Under the pieces are notes generated by a model that worked only from the letters and a program-made list of their open reading frames with translations, did no database searches and was not told the DNA's origin. DNA of 64,000 nucleotides from Vicugna vicugna. Taxonomy: Eukaryota. The stretch spans positions 622,001-686,000 of the forward strand of contig MU058206.1 in assembly GCA_013265495.1 (NCBI GenBank), read 5' to 3'. Positions 13,390-25,908 of this stretch are shown one piece after another (the stretch's first letter is position 1; each line of letters opens with the position of its first letter). The position numbers were made by a program, and so were the translations under genes.

Positions 13390-14360
13390 CTTGACTGAAT
13401 GTCCCATCAACAAATGATTCCTGGGCACCTACTCTGCCTGTGCCAGGCCTTGTTGTGGGCAGTTATGGTCTCTTCTCTAGTGGAGCTTCCAGAAGTAAAG
13501 AGTCAAGTGCTGTTCAATGAGATGAGCTCTGTGATGGGGGAAATTAAGGCTCTGGCAGCCCCTGGAAGAGGCTGCAGTGAGAAGAGCATCAGGGAGGATG
13601 TCCCAGGGTAAGTGATGATTGGGAGGAGCCCAGAGGAAGAGCCTTGCAGCAGAGGGAACAGCGCCTGCGAAGGGCCAGGGGTGAGAAAGAGCCTAGAGCA
13701 GAACCCACAGGAAGGAAGATGCTTCGAGGGGCAGGCAGGAACCTGCTACGGGGGCTGCAGAAGCTCTTGGGGAGGAGGTAGGGTAGGAGGACATGATCAA
13801 GCATGTTCTAGGAAGATTTCCAGATGAATTGTGGAGGACTGTTTGGATCAGCTCCAGAATGGAGGTGGGGTGGCCACTTCGAGGCTGCCACAGAGGTCCA
13901 GGTGGGAGGTGATGGTAGCCAGGCCTTGGCCAGTGGCAGTGGCAGGGTTGGGGTGGAAAGAGGTGGTCAGATCGACAGAGATTTGGGAGGAGAAGTCACA
14001 GGACTTGGTGACTGATTGGCAGAAGGATAAGGGTTGGCTCAGGTTTCTGGTTTGAACACCTGGCTGAGTGGTTCACTGTCGAGCATAGTGACTTTGAAAT
14101 ACCCGGAGGGATCCAAGTGAAGATGCCCACCAGGTAGCTGGACATATGGAGGCCCCCGAGGAACGTGCACAGAGAAGAGGCCAGGCCCAAACCCGAGGGG
14201 AGATGCAGAAGGCAGAGCCTACAAAGGAGCTGGAGAAGGAGTAACCGGGGGAGAAGGAGGGAAACCAGGAGAATGAGGGGCATTTTAAAGGAAGCAGCTT
14301 CAGCGGTTACAGAGGTGAGGTAGGAGGAGGCCTGAGAACGGACATGCGGTCTAGGGACCA
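13390..14360 (-). mobile_element. L2 LINE fragment
   Basis: Antisense L2 3' end (caacaaatg...ggcacctactct...tgtgccaggc) followed by the purine-rich L2 body. Confidence 0.65.
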
Positions 14361-17300
14361 AGAGGCTTCTGCCTCTCTGACCCCCAGCCTTACCCAGTCT
14401 CTGTGCCCCTACCGCCCCCGTCTCTGATCTCTAGCTTCCCCAGCTTAATGCCCCGCCACTCTTCCTCAAGTGCCCTCCTTTACCTCACTCTTTCTCTCTG
14501 CACCCTCTTCTCTTTGACCAGAAGGCGGCTCAGCATCTTTCTGAGGGAAACTTCATGCCACCCCCACCCACTCAGGTCTTGGTTTCCCTTCCCGACTCCT
14601 GAAATCACACCCCACCCCCAAGAACAACAATCATCGCATATACTTCTCACCAGAGAATCACCCAGAGCTCTCAGAAGCTGGAGCAGAGAGGGGCACACAC
14701 TGCCATCTGGCCCTCGGGGCCACTCACTGCCTCCTCTGATTGAGCCCCCCTGGGGTGCCCAGGCTCCAGCACAATTCCGGGCAAGCTTAGCCCCCAGGGC
14801 CTTATGGTCTAAAGCAGGGAGAAACAATGACCCCAGCAAACCTATGCAGACTAACAGGAGAGGCCCAGAGAACAAGCTATGTTAGATCCAGCAGACGGAT
14901 CCAAGCAGGCTTCATGGAGGAGGTGACTCTGGGTAGGGCCTTAAAAGGCTAGCAGAATTGGTTGGAGCCAAAGGGGTTTCCGGAGGAAGGAATGTGATGA
15001 GAAAGGGCATGAAGGTGGAAAGGGGGACCCATCATTTGAGTGGCAGCCAATAGCTCAGGGTGGCTGGTGGCCCCAAAGAGTGGGGCCAGAGGAGACAGGC
15101 GGCAGCAAGGTGAAGGGGCTGGATTGCCGAGGGAGAAGATTTCAGACTTTGTCCACTGCTGCCTCTTGATCCAGCGCTGTCTGATCTGGTGCTTTTCCTC
15201 TTCTCATCGATTCATTCATTTGGGAAATACTGCTTGAGTTCCCACTCTGTGCTAGGCAAGAGCAGAAGATATTTTGAAGGACAGGATAAAGTCCCTGCCA
15301 TCACAGAGTTTAAGTTTCCGGAAGGGACACAGACTAGAAAGCTGTAAATAAACACTAACATTTAGATCATGACAGAGGTTGTGAAGAAAACAATGAGTGG
15401 TCACTGAAAGGAGAGGCTGGGGCCTGCCTCCCCTCAGACTGAGGGCTCCCCAAGGGCAGAGCCTGAGTCTCCTCCGTCAGACTGCGAGCCCGGCTCCTCC
15501 GGGGAAGGACAGAGAACGGAGCGCCTGGGAGCAAGAGCTGATGTGGCTCAGAGCCCTCCGAGGAACGGCTGCATCCCCAGCTCAGGGACCCTCCAGCAGG
15601 CCCCACTTGTCCCACATGCTGACCACGGGCGCCCCCTCCGTGGGGTCCCCTCCAGGGGGCCATGACCTGGAGCTCCAGACTTGGATGGAGACTGAAACCC
15701 ACCGCCTGCTGCTGGAGGAGACAGGTACAGAGGGGCCTGCAGGGGCCTCCTTGGGGGGACCCAGGGACAGAGGGTAGTGGGGACCTGGAAAAGGACCCCT
15801 CTTCCCAACCAGGCCCAAGTGGGAGGGCTTCCCTCTTCTCCTCTGCGTCCAGCCCCCACCCCATTAAACCCTGAAATTACCCTCATCCCCACCCGGAACT
15901 GTAGAGAGTGCCCCAAAATAAATCCTAAATTACATGCTGCCTGGGGGCAACCACAACTCTCCTTCCTCCCTCTCTAGCAAGCAGGCCCGCCCCACCCAAT
16001 GCTGGGGGTCCTCCCCGCCAGATGGGCTATTTATACAGCTCCCCTTTTTTGCTGTCTGGCCTTCTTGTCCTTGGGTGAGGCCCAAGCAGGCTACACAACG
16101 CTCCAGGGAGGTGGAAGGGGGTGGGGAGGCTGTGAGACTCTCCAGGGTCTGACAGGGCCATGGGGATACAATTTATAGTCCAAATCAGGATGCTCTGGGT
16201 TGCTGCTAAGAATCGCACCCTAGTTATAGCATGGATCTGGACTGTCCTGTGGACACCGGGCAACTGATCACCCAGGAATCGGCCCAGACTCCAGCCTCCC
16301 AGAACAGTGCCTTCCCAGGGATGAGAGAGAGAGAGATTGAAGTTGGGAGAGACACTGAGAGAGACTGAGGGAGAGAGAGAGAAACACAGTGAGTGCTGCC
16401 TTCAACCCCTGGTCGCCCAGGGGAGCAGTTCTGAGTAGGGGGCACCCATACACACACCTGCTGATGTGGGCAAGGGTGGCTTCATCTCCAAGGACCTCAG
16501 GCATGGCTGGAGTCTGGGGGAGGGTCTGGAGCAAGAAAAGGAGGAGCTGGATATGGCTATTTGGAAACCATTGGCTTTGGACAAGGACTTCCCTGGACAA
16601 AGCCACTATCTAAACTGGGAAGCTGGCTCCAGCCACCAGGACTGCTCCCCTCAAAGACAAGAGGGAGGGAAAAGGCAAGAGAGAAGAGAGTGGGACAGAG
16701 ACGTGCACATGGAGATGGATAATGACAGAGGAAGGGAGGGGAGCTTCCGGAGCCCCAGGCCTGGCAGCACTGTCTCTACTGCGTGGCACCCGTGGGCCTG
16801 GACGCCTGCCCACTGCCACTGCCCTTCTGTGTTTCCCTCCCCCCTGCCCCCACTCCTTGCCCCCTTGACCCCTCTCCCCTTCTCTCCTGGAGAGTGGGTG
16901 AAGGACTTCCAGACAGCCTCAGGAGGGGGACTCTCCTGCTGTTCCTCTGTGCCCCACCATGCCCCCTCCCTTCTGCCCTGGGAGCAGGAGACACTCCCCC
17001 AGAGAGCTGCCTCCAACTGCCCCTCAGGGGGCATTGTTGGAGCCAAGGCTCCTCCCTCCCCTCAGGTGCCCCGTTGGGGAACAACAGTTAGTCCAGAGAG
17101 AGGACAGAGAAAAAAAGTGTCCCCTTCTAACTTGGGCTCAGCCCTAGAGGAGGTGGAGGGGACAGGCACTGAGAGGCAGGGGGTTGGGAGGGGAAGGAAG
17201 TGGAGGGGCTGGGAGAGCCTGAGAAGTAGCTGGCTTCCAGGCCTGAGTCCCAGGAGGAGGGAGCAAAATGGCCCTGGGATTGGGCAGAGCGGGTGGTGAT

Positions 17301-18505
17301 CTTGCTGTCTGGAGGACCATGCACACATCCGAGTTGACGTCTCACGAGGGTGATTTAGGGGATGGGGTTCCTCCTCTCTGGGCTTCACCCATGGATTGTG
17401 AGTGATAAGAGGGAACAGGACAGCACAAGATGAGCTGACTGAGTCCCAGCCACCCCTGAGGGTTATTTGCATTCACAAGTAAAGTGGATGCTGAGAACTG
17501 TGTCGAAAACTGGGTGGAGCAGTCTGGGGTGGGTGGAGGGTGATGGAGAGGAGCAACAGAGGATTACTCCAGTGCTGCCTGACAGGGCAGAGGGCCCTGT
17601 GGCACGGGGGCAGGTCTCAAGTCACAACAGCCCTCCTCAGAGGTGTCGACTTGCCTCCCTATTAAATTTGATTATCCGTCTGTGTACCAGTCCCCATGAC
17701 CCCCACCTGCCCAGAAAACAGTGTTTATGGGGCCCGGAGCATTAGACCTGTCATTTAGTTGGAGGAGACAACTCAAGCCACAGCGAGCCTGATGTGGAGA
17801 AGCAGTGCCCAGCTTGTGGCAGGCACCAGCCCAGACACTTAGTGCCCTGTTTACCCTGGCATGGGCGGCTGGCACAGGTGGGGCTCTCCAGGGAGTGCCC
17901 AGAGGCCCGGCCAGCAGACCCACCTGGAGGCCAGAGGCGGCCAGAACAGCAGCTCTGTGGTGCTGGGGGAGGGGCGCACGGAGAGGCATCTAGCCCAGCG
18001 GCACACCTGGGCCTCGCGCTTCAGCACACAAGGGGATGGCCCCCCAGAGCCCAGCCGCTTCTCAGCTGCCCTGCGAGAGGAGATACATGGGATCCACTCA
18101 GCAGGAGAAACTGTAGCTCTGAGGATTCTGGAAACTCCCCCAAAGCTCCCCCCAGGAAGTGGGAGGCCAGAAGAGGTGGAGGAAGCCCCAGGACTTCAGA
18201 GCCCTGGTCTGATGTGCCTGGACACCTCTTGATGCCCCAGGTCCCAGGGACCCATCCTCCGCAACAAAAGGCACGTGGCCTCACTTAAGTGTGCACCGTC
18301 TCAGCCCCCACCCCCAGCCACTCACTACACAGATGCCGTCTCGACATTCCTTCTCTACCATACAGACCCAGAGACCACACCCCCACAGCCTGGCATACCC
18401 AACACACACAGAGACTTCCAACACTCTGCTTACAGGAGTCAGACACGGGATGCTCACCCCAAGACACCCCTTCCCTACATATAACCTACACTCCTGCAAT
18501 GAGGA

Positions 18506-18540
18506 CACACACACACACATACACACACAGACTCACACAC
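18506..18540. repeat. Imperfect (CA)n microsatellite
   Basis: acacacacacacatacacacacagactcacacac. Other microsatellites: (TG)n at 3876-3890, 36842-36860 and 55528-55545; (GA)n at 16323-16385; TA-rich tracts at 43020-43090 and 59293-59325. Confidence 0.85.
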
Positions 18541-19532
18541 AAGTCCTCTGCACCCATATACTCTCCTTCCAGTGCCACCCCCACCAAAGGGAACCCAAGG
18601 GCGTCTAACACTTCAGTCCTGAGCGTCTCCCTCCCTCATCTCTATTACCCCCTCCTACCCCCTCTGCCTGTCCCCCTCTCCACTTGTTGCCCCCCACCTT
18701 CAGCCCTTCTCCAGGAGATGGGTGATGGGCGAACCCCTAGCTAGGCCCCTTGCCCTGAGGCCTCATTCTTTCCTCTTCCCATCCACGCATGGTGGGAAAT
18801 GAGGACTGCAATCTGGGCGGTTCGCGGCAGCTCCCACTCCACTGGCCCGCAGGCTTCAAGGAGCTGGGGGCTCCAGAGAAAGGGGAAAACCAGCTGGCAG
18901 TTCCTGGGAGGGGGGAGCTCACTTCCTTCTGCTCACCATCCCCCCAGTGGACCGCCCACCCCTCCCCATTCCAGGCTGAGTCATCCTTACATCTGGAGCC
19001 TCAGCACATCTGGAAGAGCTGAAGCCTCTGCAGGCAGCGCCACGTGTACACCCCTCCCCCATACTGCAACTCACCCCCCCAGGCTCCGCCCCTCAACCTC
19101 CACCTGGGCCAGGCTCCCTGTCAGAGTAGGCCGGCGTGCACCCCAGTGCCAGCCTCTGCAACAGGACGTCCATCGACCTCAGGGCCTCTCCCAAGTAGCA
19201 GAAGCCATGGCCACTCAGTGCCCACTCCCTAGGCAGGCAGGGCAGCGCTGGCCTTGGGAGAGGCCAGGTCCCAGGTTGAGGGAGGCAGGCGAGCTGGGCC
19301 TTGAGCAGGCAGTGGTTTGGCCCAGCAGGCAGAGGGAGTTTATCCTGGCTCCCAGCCCCGAAGCCAAACATCCTTCACTAACCTCGCAGACACATCAAAG
19401 CTGGCCAGGAAGGGGCCCTTCAGTAGAGGAAACCTGCAGTCCTGGCGGCCTGACAGCCTGGCTCCAGGCACAGGACCACCCTGTCCCACTCGGCAGCCTA
19501 GGCTTGGGATGGGCTTGGCAGACTCGAGGAAG

Positions 19533-19583
19533 GGGACACTTCCATCCCATCCCTCTTCCTTACCCCCTCCCCAGGGCTGCCAA
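19533..19583 (+). repeat. Left copy of a ~50-bp direct repeat flanking the first LRRC37 insert
   Basis: GGGACACTTCCATCCCATCCCTCTTCCTTACCCCCTCCCCAGGGCTGCCAA; partner at 21099-21147. Confidence 0.85.
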
Positions 19584-20352
<769 letters not shown>

Positions 20353-20384
20353 TATCAGTGTAGGACATGCCATTACAGTGCAGG

Positions 20385-21040
20385 AATCTGGACACGGAGA
20401 AAGAGGCTTGGACTGGGACTGGAAACATTTCAATAGGAAAATGAGCAGAGCCCTCCTGCTGCTCTGGAGAATTTTCAGCCTCCTTAGTGGGCTCTGGAGT
20501 TATAACTGCTAGATCTAGGGGTTTAACTGTGAGGTTAGGCATCACTGGATGCTGAGCTCCATCTGGACCTGCAGGTGAAAATGTCACCTTACTATGTACT
20601 AGCGGTTTTGCTGCAACATCTGTAGAGATGTCTGGAGGCGGAGTTGGGTGCTGATGCTTGACTGTAGTAGGTTCAACCTCCTCACGGATCTCTAGAGGCT
20701 GAGATGGGGCCACCCGCTCAACTGGATCAACAGGACAGTGTCCAGGGACAGGGCCCAGGGTCCAGCAAACTGATATGGCCCTGCAGGCAGCTCTCCATCT
20801 GTATTTGTGTCTGGCTAGGAAACAAAGCCTCAGGCAATTCCTGATGAGGCCTGGCCAACCTCTGGGCTGCAGAGGAGGGTGTCAAGTAATTCAACCCCCC
20901 CAGCTCTGCCCAGGGTGTTGGCCTGTGGGGAGATTCAGGTGGGAGTTTAGGGACTGTGAAATCCAAGGCTCGATCAGCCCCGGGGAGTCAGAGGTCAGCT
21001 GGACAGGGTCCAGGGACAGCTCCGGGCGCAATCTGCCTGG
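20385..21040 (-). pseudogene. LRRC37A: LRRC37-family fragment: internally deleted pieces of the large first coding exon, inverted relative to the adjacent fragment
   Basis: ELSLDPVQLTSDSPGLIEPW (human [20 protein letters not shown]), LPPESPHRPTPWAE, and the LRRC37 repeat VTFSPAGPDGAQHPVMPNLTVKPLDLAVITPEPTKE. Frameshifted; no signal peptide. Confidence 0.88.
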
Positions 21041-21098
21041 AATAACAGGCAAAATGCTTAAAATGCAAAGAGGGACTGTAGAAACAAAAAGTGCCACA

Positions 21099-21147
21099 GG
21101 GACATGACACCCCATCCTCCTTCCTTCCCCCTCCCCAGGGCTGCCAA
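21099..21147 (+). repeat. Right copy of the ~50-bp direct repeat
   Basis: GGGACATGACACCCCATCCTCCTTCCTTCCCCCTCCCCAGGGCTGCCAA; the last 21 bp are identical to the left copy. Confidence 0.85.
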
Positions 21148-24012
21148 GAGGGTGGTGTTTGCCAAGGCGAGGCTGGCACCAGGACTAAGCTTTGGCCCCT
21201 AGACCAGGGCTCCCTCCCATACTTGCCCCTCTCCCACCCTCCGGGCGGGAGACACTGATGGGGGCCTCACTTTGTGCCACAGCCTTTCGGCCCCAGCCTG
21301 GAAGAGGCGTCTGTGCTACATTGTAGGGGCACCGACTTCACCCCCCAGGCTAGCGTGTTCAGGAAAGGGCCTTTCCACATGGGTAAGGGAGGATGGAGAG
21401 GGCAGGAGGCTTAGGGGTTGGGGGAAGAATGGAGCTTCAGAAAACAGAAGCTGAAGTGGAGTCGGAAGAGGAGAACTGGGCTGCAAGCCACCGGCCTGTC
21501 TCAGGGGACAGCAGGGGCCAAGGAGGAAGAGGGGCTGTGAGGTGCTAACAAGGGAGGGAGGAGGTGCTAACAGAGCGACTGGGGTGAGGGGGATCCTGGA
21601 GGCAGACCCTTAAAGGCTGGCCCGCTGATAAGGAAGCCAGGGGGCGCTGAGAATGGGCTGTGGCATCCACACGGGAGGCTGGGTGTTGCATACACGTATG
21701 TACACGCGTGCAGACACACACTGCATGCACCCACACACGCATGTGTGCACACAACTCCAGCCAAGTCCGTCCTCGGCTGGGGGCCAGATGATGCGACTGC
21801 TTCAAGGAGCTATGATTTGCAAAGAATGTGATCTCTGCCCACCTCTCTTCCCCGCCCCTCTGCTCACACTCATTCTTTGCCTAACTCCCAGGTCCCTGAG
21901 AGGCGATCATTTCCACAGTTGTCCCAGGCTGCACCTTCTCCGCATTTTAGTCTAAGTCCTCAGACCCTTTAGAAGCCTGCCCCTCGACATGCCCAGCCCA
22001 CAGAAGGGCTACCCATTCCACTAGCCGTCCTGAACCTCAGCTTGTTCCGGACTGGGAAGTTCTTCTAAAGTCTAACAACAGTCCCCTGTAACATCTGGAT
22101 GTGAACAGAGACACCGGGCTGCAGCAGGACCCTCTTTCAAGGGACCAGTAAGAGCAGAGCCAGCAAGTGGGGCTCCCAGGGGATCCTCAGCCCCTTTCTT
22201 CTCTCTACAGTGTCCTATCTCAGACAGTCACCATTGAGGGGGGGTGGGGGAGCTATAGAGAAGGGGACCAGAAGCAGGGGACCAGGGCTAGGGGGCTCTC
22301 AAGCCCCTGAACCTGAGTTAAGTCCTTCCAATCTGAGTCTTAGTGGCTGTGCCACCCCAGACACCCAAAGCTCATTAGCTCAGCCTTCCCCCTGACTCCT
22401 CACCACCCACCTCTTGGAGGTGTTTCCCTTCCCACCCCTGGCTGTGCCCCGGAAACCTACACTTTGGAAGGATAATGGCTTCCAAATGCCATTTTTTTGT
22501 CTCTGCTAAGACTCCACAAAGGTGAGCATTAGCTGAGCTCCTCCAACCCACTCCTTAGGATAATAAGGTCCCTGCACCGTTAATTGTCAGGTGGCCCGTC
22601 TCCGTCCACTCTCCTGGCCCATAGCTTAGTGGCTCAGACCTGGGGTCAATTCCAAAAGTCATCTCTCCACCCCTACACCCATCACTTCAAGAATGAGTGA
22701 GGGCTCAGTGGCTTTCAGTTTTCAAAGAAACGCTGGGAAGGAGACTCAGACCCTGGTCTCTTGGCCAAGAATTCCTATTGGCAACCTAGCGTGCATCCTG
22801 CCTCTCTCAGAAGGTGGACACTGAGCCGAGCATCCCTAGCAGTACACCCCGTAGGAGTTGCTCAATCCCCAGCAAGCCATCTTCCTCACTTGGGGGTATG
22901 TGTACACATGGGGAGGGGGCAGGAAGCCGAAGAGGTGGATTCTCCAAACCACACAGCCTGTGGAGTTGGGGAGCCCGGTCAGGCTGGAACAAAGCCCCCA
23001 ACTGAGAGCCCCCCACCAAGGACTCTGGGAATTCATTCCCTATCCCCTTGGAGAAATCTGGCCCCCTGACCCTGGAAGGCCCCCAACCAGCTTCAACTCG
23101 GGTGACAACAGAGCCAGTGTTTACTTGGAACAAAGCGCCATGGGGAAATGAAAGCTGAAACAGAACTGGGCTGGCCCCTGCAGCCGGGTGGGAACATTAG
23201 GACATGTACGCACATCTTCAAGGAAGAACGGCCAAGGGCATCAGACAGGCCCAGAGGAAAGTCCTGGGTCAGGGTGAGCAGCGAGGGGACCATCACTTCT
23301 TGCAGGAAGACCCAAGTCTAGGCAGGCTTTCTGGAGGAGGTGGTATGTGAGCTGAGCCTTGAAGGATGGATGAGAATTGGCTAGATTTCAAGGAGGGCAT
23401 GGGGCAGGTGTGCTAGGTGCAGAGGAAAGGAGGGAAGCAGAAGGGCTGGGTGTGAGGGTGGAGAGCACGTGGACAGGACGGGGAAGCCAGCACATCACAA
23501 GGACAGGCGGGGCCCGTTATGAAGGACCCCACCGTCTCCCTGAGATGGGACTTTATTCAGGCAGAAGTGGGGAGACTCTGGAAGTGAGGGAGTGAGAGAG
23601 TGACACGCCCCCACAGGGGCAAGGAGGAGACCAGGCTGGAAGCCCTGTTGAGAACAGCGTGATGCCCCGGGGAGCCACACTGGTTGGGGGCAGTGGCAGG
23701 GGGACAGCTGACAAGCAGAGTCCCCAGTCCCCCTGAGCTCTCAGCCCACGGGCGAGGCAGGCACCCACCGTGAGGCCAACCCAGGCAGTGCTCAGTGGGC
23801 AGTCGGGGAGCAGAATTGGAGACAAGCCAGGAAGACAGGGAGCTGCTCACATCCCCGGACCCAGCACTACTGCCACGTGCGGTCCCGTGTCCTCCAGGAG
23901 TAGTCAACACCAGGTCACCCTCTGAAGTCGGTCGCCTGGCCCACCCCCTCTGAAGTCGGTCACCCAGCCCACCCCCTTTGGCCTGGCCCTTGGGTGGAGG
24001 GAGAGGACTTAT

Positions 24013-24031
24013 TGGCCAGCAGAGGGGGCCA
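24013..24031 (+). promoter_or_regulatory. Candidate CTCF site, duplicated at 26499-26517
   Basis: TGGCCAGCAGAGGGGGCCA versus consensus TGGCCACCAGGGGGCGCTA; one mismatch at a conserved position. Confidence 0.45.
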
Positions 24032-24398
24032 GTGAGCAGGGCATTCGCGGGTTTGGGGTGACTGGAGCTGGACTTTGGTGGCCCATCCAGAAGGGCTGAG
24101 AACAGTTCTCCGAAGGAAGACCCTTAACTCCTGGGCACCTCATTCTGCCTCTCAGTGAGCAGGGCATTCGCGGGTTTGGGGTGACTGGAGCTGGACTTTG
24201 GTGGCCCATCCAGAAGGGCTGAGAACAGTTCTCCGAAGGAAGACCCTTAACTCCTGGGCACCTCATTCTGCCTCTCAGTGAGCAGGGCATTCGCGGGTTT
24301 GGGGTGACTGGAGCTGGACTTTGGTGGCCCATCCAGAAGGGCTGAGAACAGTTCTCCGAAGGAAGACCCTTAACTCCTGGGCACCTCATTCTGCCTCT
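24031..24398 (+). repeat. Perfect tandem repeat, 123-bp unit x3
   Basis: Units start at 24031, 24154 and 24277 and are identical base for base. Confidence 0.97.
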
Positions 24399-24399
24399 G

Positions 24400-25430
24400 G
24401 CCCAGCCCCTCTCACGGGCGTTTTTTAAAAAGCGCGGGCGCTCCTTGCGCTGGCGCAGTGCTGCTTCCGCTGGAGCGGCCAATGCGCGGAGTGGGATGGT
24501 GGAGTTGGTTCGTTTCGCGATTCCCACCAGGAGTGACAAAACCTTGCTGGTGTGGGAGCTGAGCTCCGAACCCAGGACCGAGGCCTTGCAGGTGATTTGG
24601 CCAGGGTGGAGGGAGGGATGGAGAAAGCTACCCTCCCCCCAGTAACTGGGAGTCCTGGGCCAGGTGATCCACTCCCACCGCCGCCCGAGCCTCGCGTCCC
24701 AAGGTGACCCCCGCACTTAAAGAGCTTATGAACTAGTGGTGAGGAAAAGATGCACAAACAAATCAATAAAGAATAATGCTCTGCGTGGGGAAGGGAGCGT
24801 GTAGTAGTGCTGGGGGTGGGGGTAGCAGCGGTGGTTCTGTACGGGGCTCTCTTGGAACGCAGGGATGTACACACGCTGGTCCCTCTGCCTGCTCAGGGCG
24901 GCGGTCGACTGGGCACTGAGCCTCCTCCCGTTCCCGGCCCCGGCCCCGGCCCGGAAAGGCGGGGAGCCGCGCCAGCAGCCGGGGCGCACCAGCCAGAGCC
25001 GTTACCCGCAGGAGCTGCGAGGGAGGGAAGGGAGCGATCTAGGGATCGGGGAAGGGATGGCTCCGCTGCGGCGCACGCGCGCCGCGCCCCGCCTGCCCTG
25101 TCCGCCTGGTTCCGCTGGGGAGAACGGAGAGGAAGGGGGCGGCCCTGATGGCCCGGGTGCGGCGCTCCCCAGGACGGCCCCTACGCGCCCCGGGTGGCAG
25201 AGCGGGATGGGGCCGGCGCGATCTGATCTGCCTCCACCGCCAGGGCGGCGGGAAGCAGGCGGTGCTGTGCGCAGGCGCGCCCGGCTGAGCCCTCCGCTTG
25301 GGGCGGCCCGAACTGGGTTGGGGCATGCGGAGACGGCCTCCAGCCCCCGCCGGGCCTGAGCCGCAACTGCTAGAAGCCGGCGGCGGTTGTAACGGCAGCA
25401 GGCCTAACGGCCCAAAGCCGGCACAGAAGA
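24400..25430. promoter_or_regulatory. CpG island: RDM1 promoter region plus a second GC-rich promoter-like block
   Basis: Dense undecayed CpGs; CCAAT at 24479-24483; NRF1-like gcgcacgcgc (25071-25080) and tgcgcaggcgc (25268-25278); GC boxes. Confidence 0.75.
24496..24591 (+). pseudogene. RDM1: Orphan first coding exon of RDM1 (RAD52 motif-containing 1)
   Basis: MVELVRFAIPTRSDKTLLVWELSSEPRTEALQ followed by donor GTGATT; recalled human RDM1 begins MAELVPFAVPIESDKTLLVWELSSGPTAEALH. No later RDM1 exon seen in the window. Confidence 0.9.
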
Positions 25431-25840
25431 TCTAGGCACTAGGCCACAGCACTTCACACCTCTGATCTTGCTTTTGCTCACCTGTAAAAGGAGGGAGATT
25501 TAAAATGCCTGTTCTGCCCACTTCTGGGGGAGAAGGGAGTAATATAATAGGTAAAAAAATTTTTTTTTGAAAAATAAGCAAAATTTTTATTTAAGTGGCA
25601 AGATGTTATTATTTATAATGTGCTCCAGATCATTGATAGAGACCATATTCAAGCTGTTCTGGGCACGAAAGCACATCTTGGAAGTCATCAAGTTAAGTGC
25701 CAGTAAATCTAATGTATAGAAAAATCCTTGAAAGCATCTGAGTGTTTTGTGGATAGAAATGCTTGAGATTCAGAGCAATTTGAACCCCTTAATTACTTGA
25801 TAGATAATATAACTAAGAACTAATAAATATAATTAACTTA

Positions 25841-25908
25841 AGATACTGGATGGATAGCAAGCCTTTAAATGATTCCTTACATAACTCAAAGAATTTTTTC
25901 TGAGAATT
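25841..25908 (-). pseudogene. LRRC37A: Degenerate single-LRR exon of LRRC37 within AT-rich, probably intronic, DNA (about 25440-26340)
   Basis: Minus strand reads ttttcag|A ATT CTC AGA AAA AAT TCT TTG AG- TTA TGT AAG GAA TCA TTT AAA GGC TTG CTA TCC ATC CAG TAT CT|taagtt, matching recalled [24 protein letters not shown]. It is 68 nt rather than 72 and the donor G is lost. Confidence 0.8.

Larger units (their letters stand above)
23887..24399 (+). repeat. Left copy of a ~240-bp direct repeat, internally expanded by a ~29-bp duplication and a 123-bp triplication
   Basis: Starts gtgtcctccaggagtag and ends cattctgcctctg, exactly as 26401-26639 does. Confidence 0.92.

Noticed and set aside
16024..16036. 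TATAAATAG (minus strand) or MEF2-like site
   Set aside because: Isolated short motif with no associated exon that I can support.
24031..24398. CRISPR-like array
   Set aside because: Mammalian DNA; the units are contiguous and identical, with no spacers.
24009..24716. 235-aa minus-strand ORF with three 41-aa repeats
   Set aside because: By-product of the 123-bp tandem unit being a multiple of 3; no recognisable protein.
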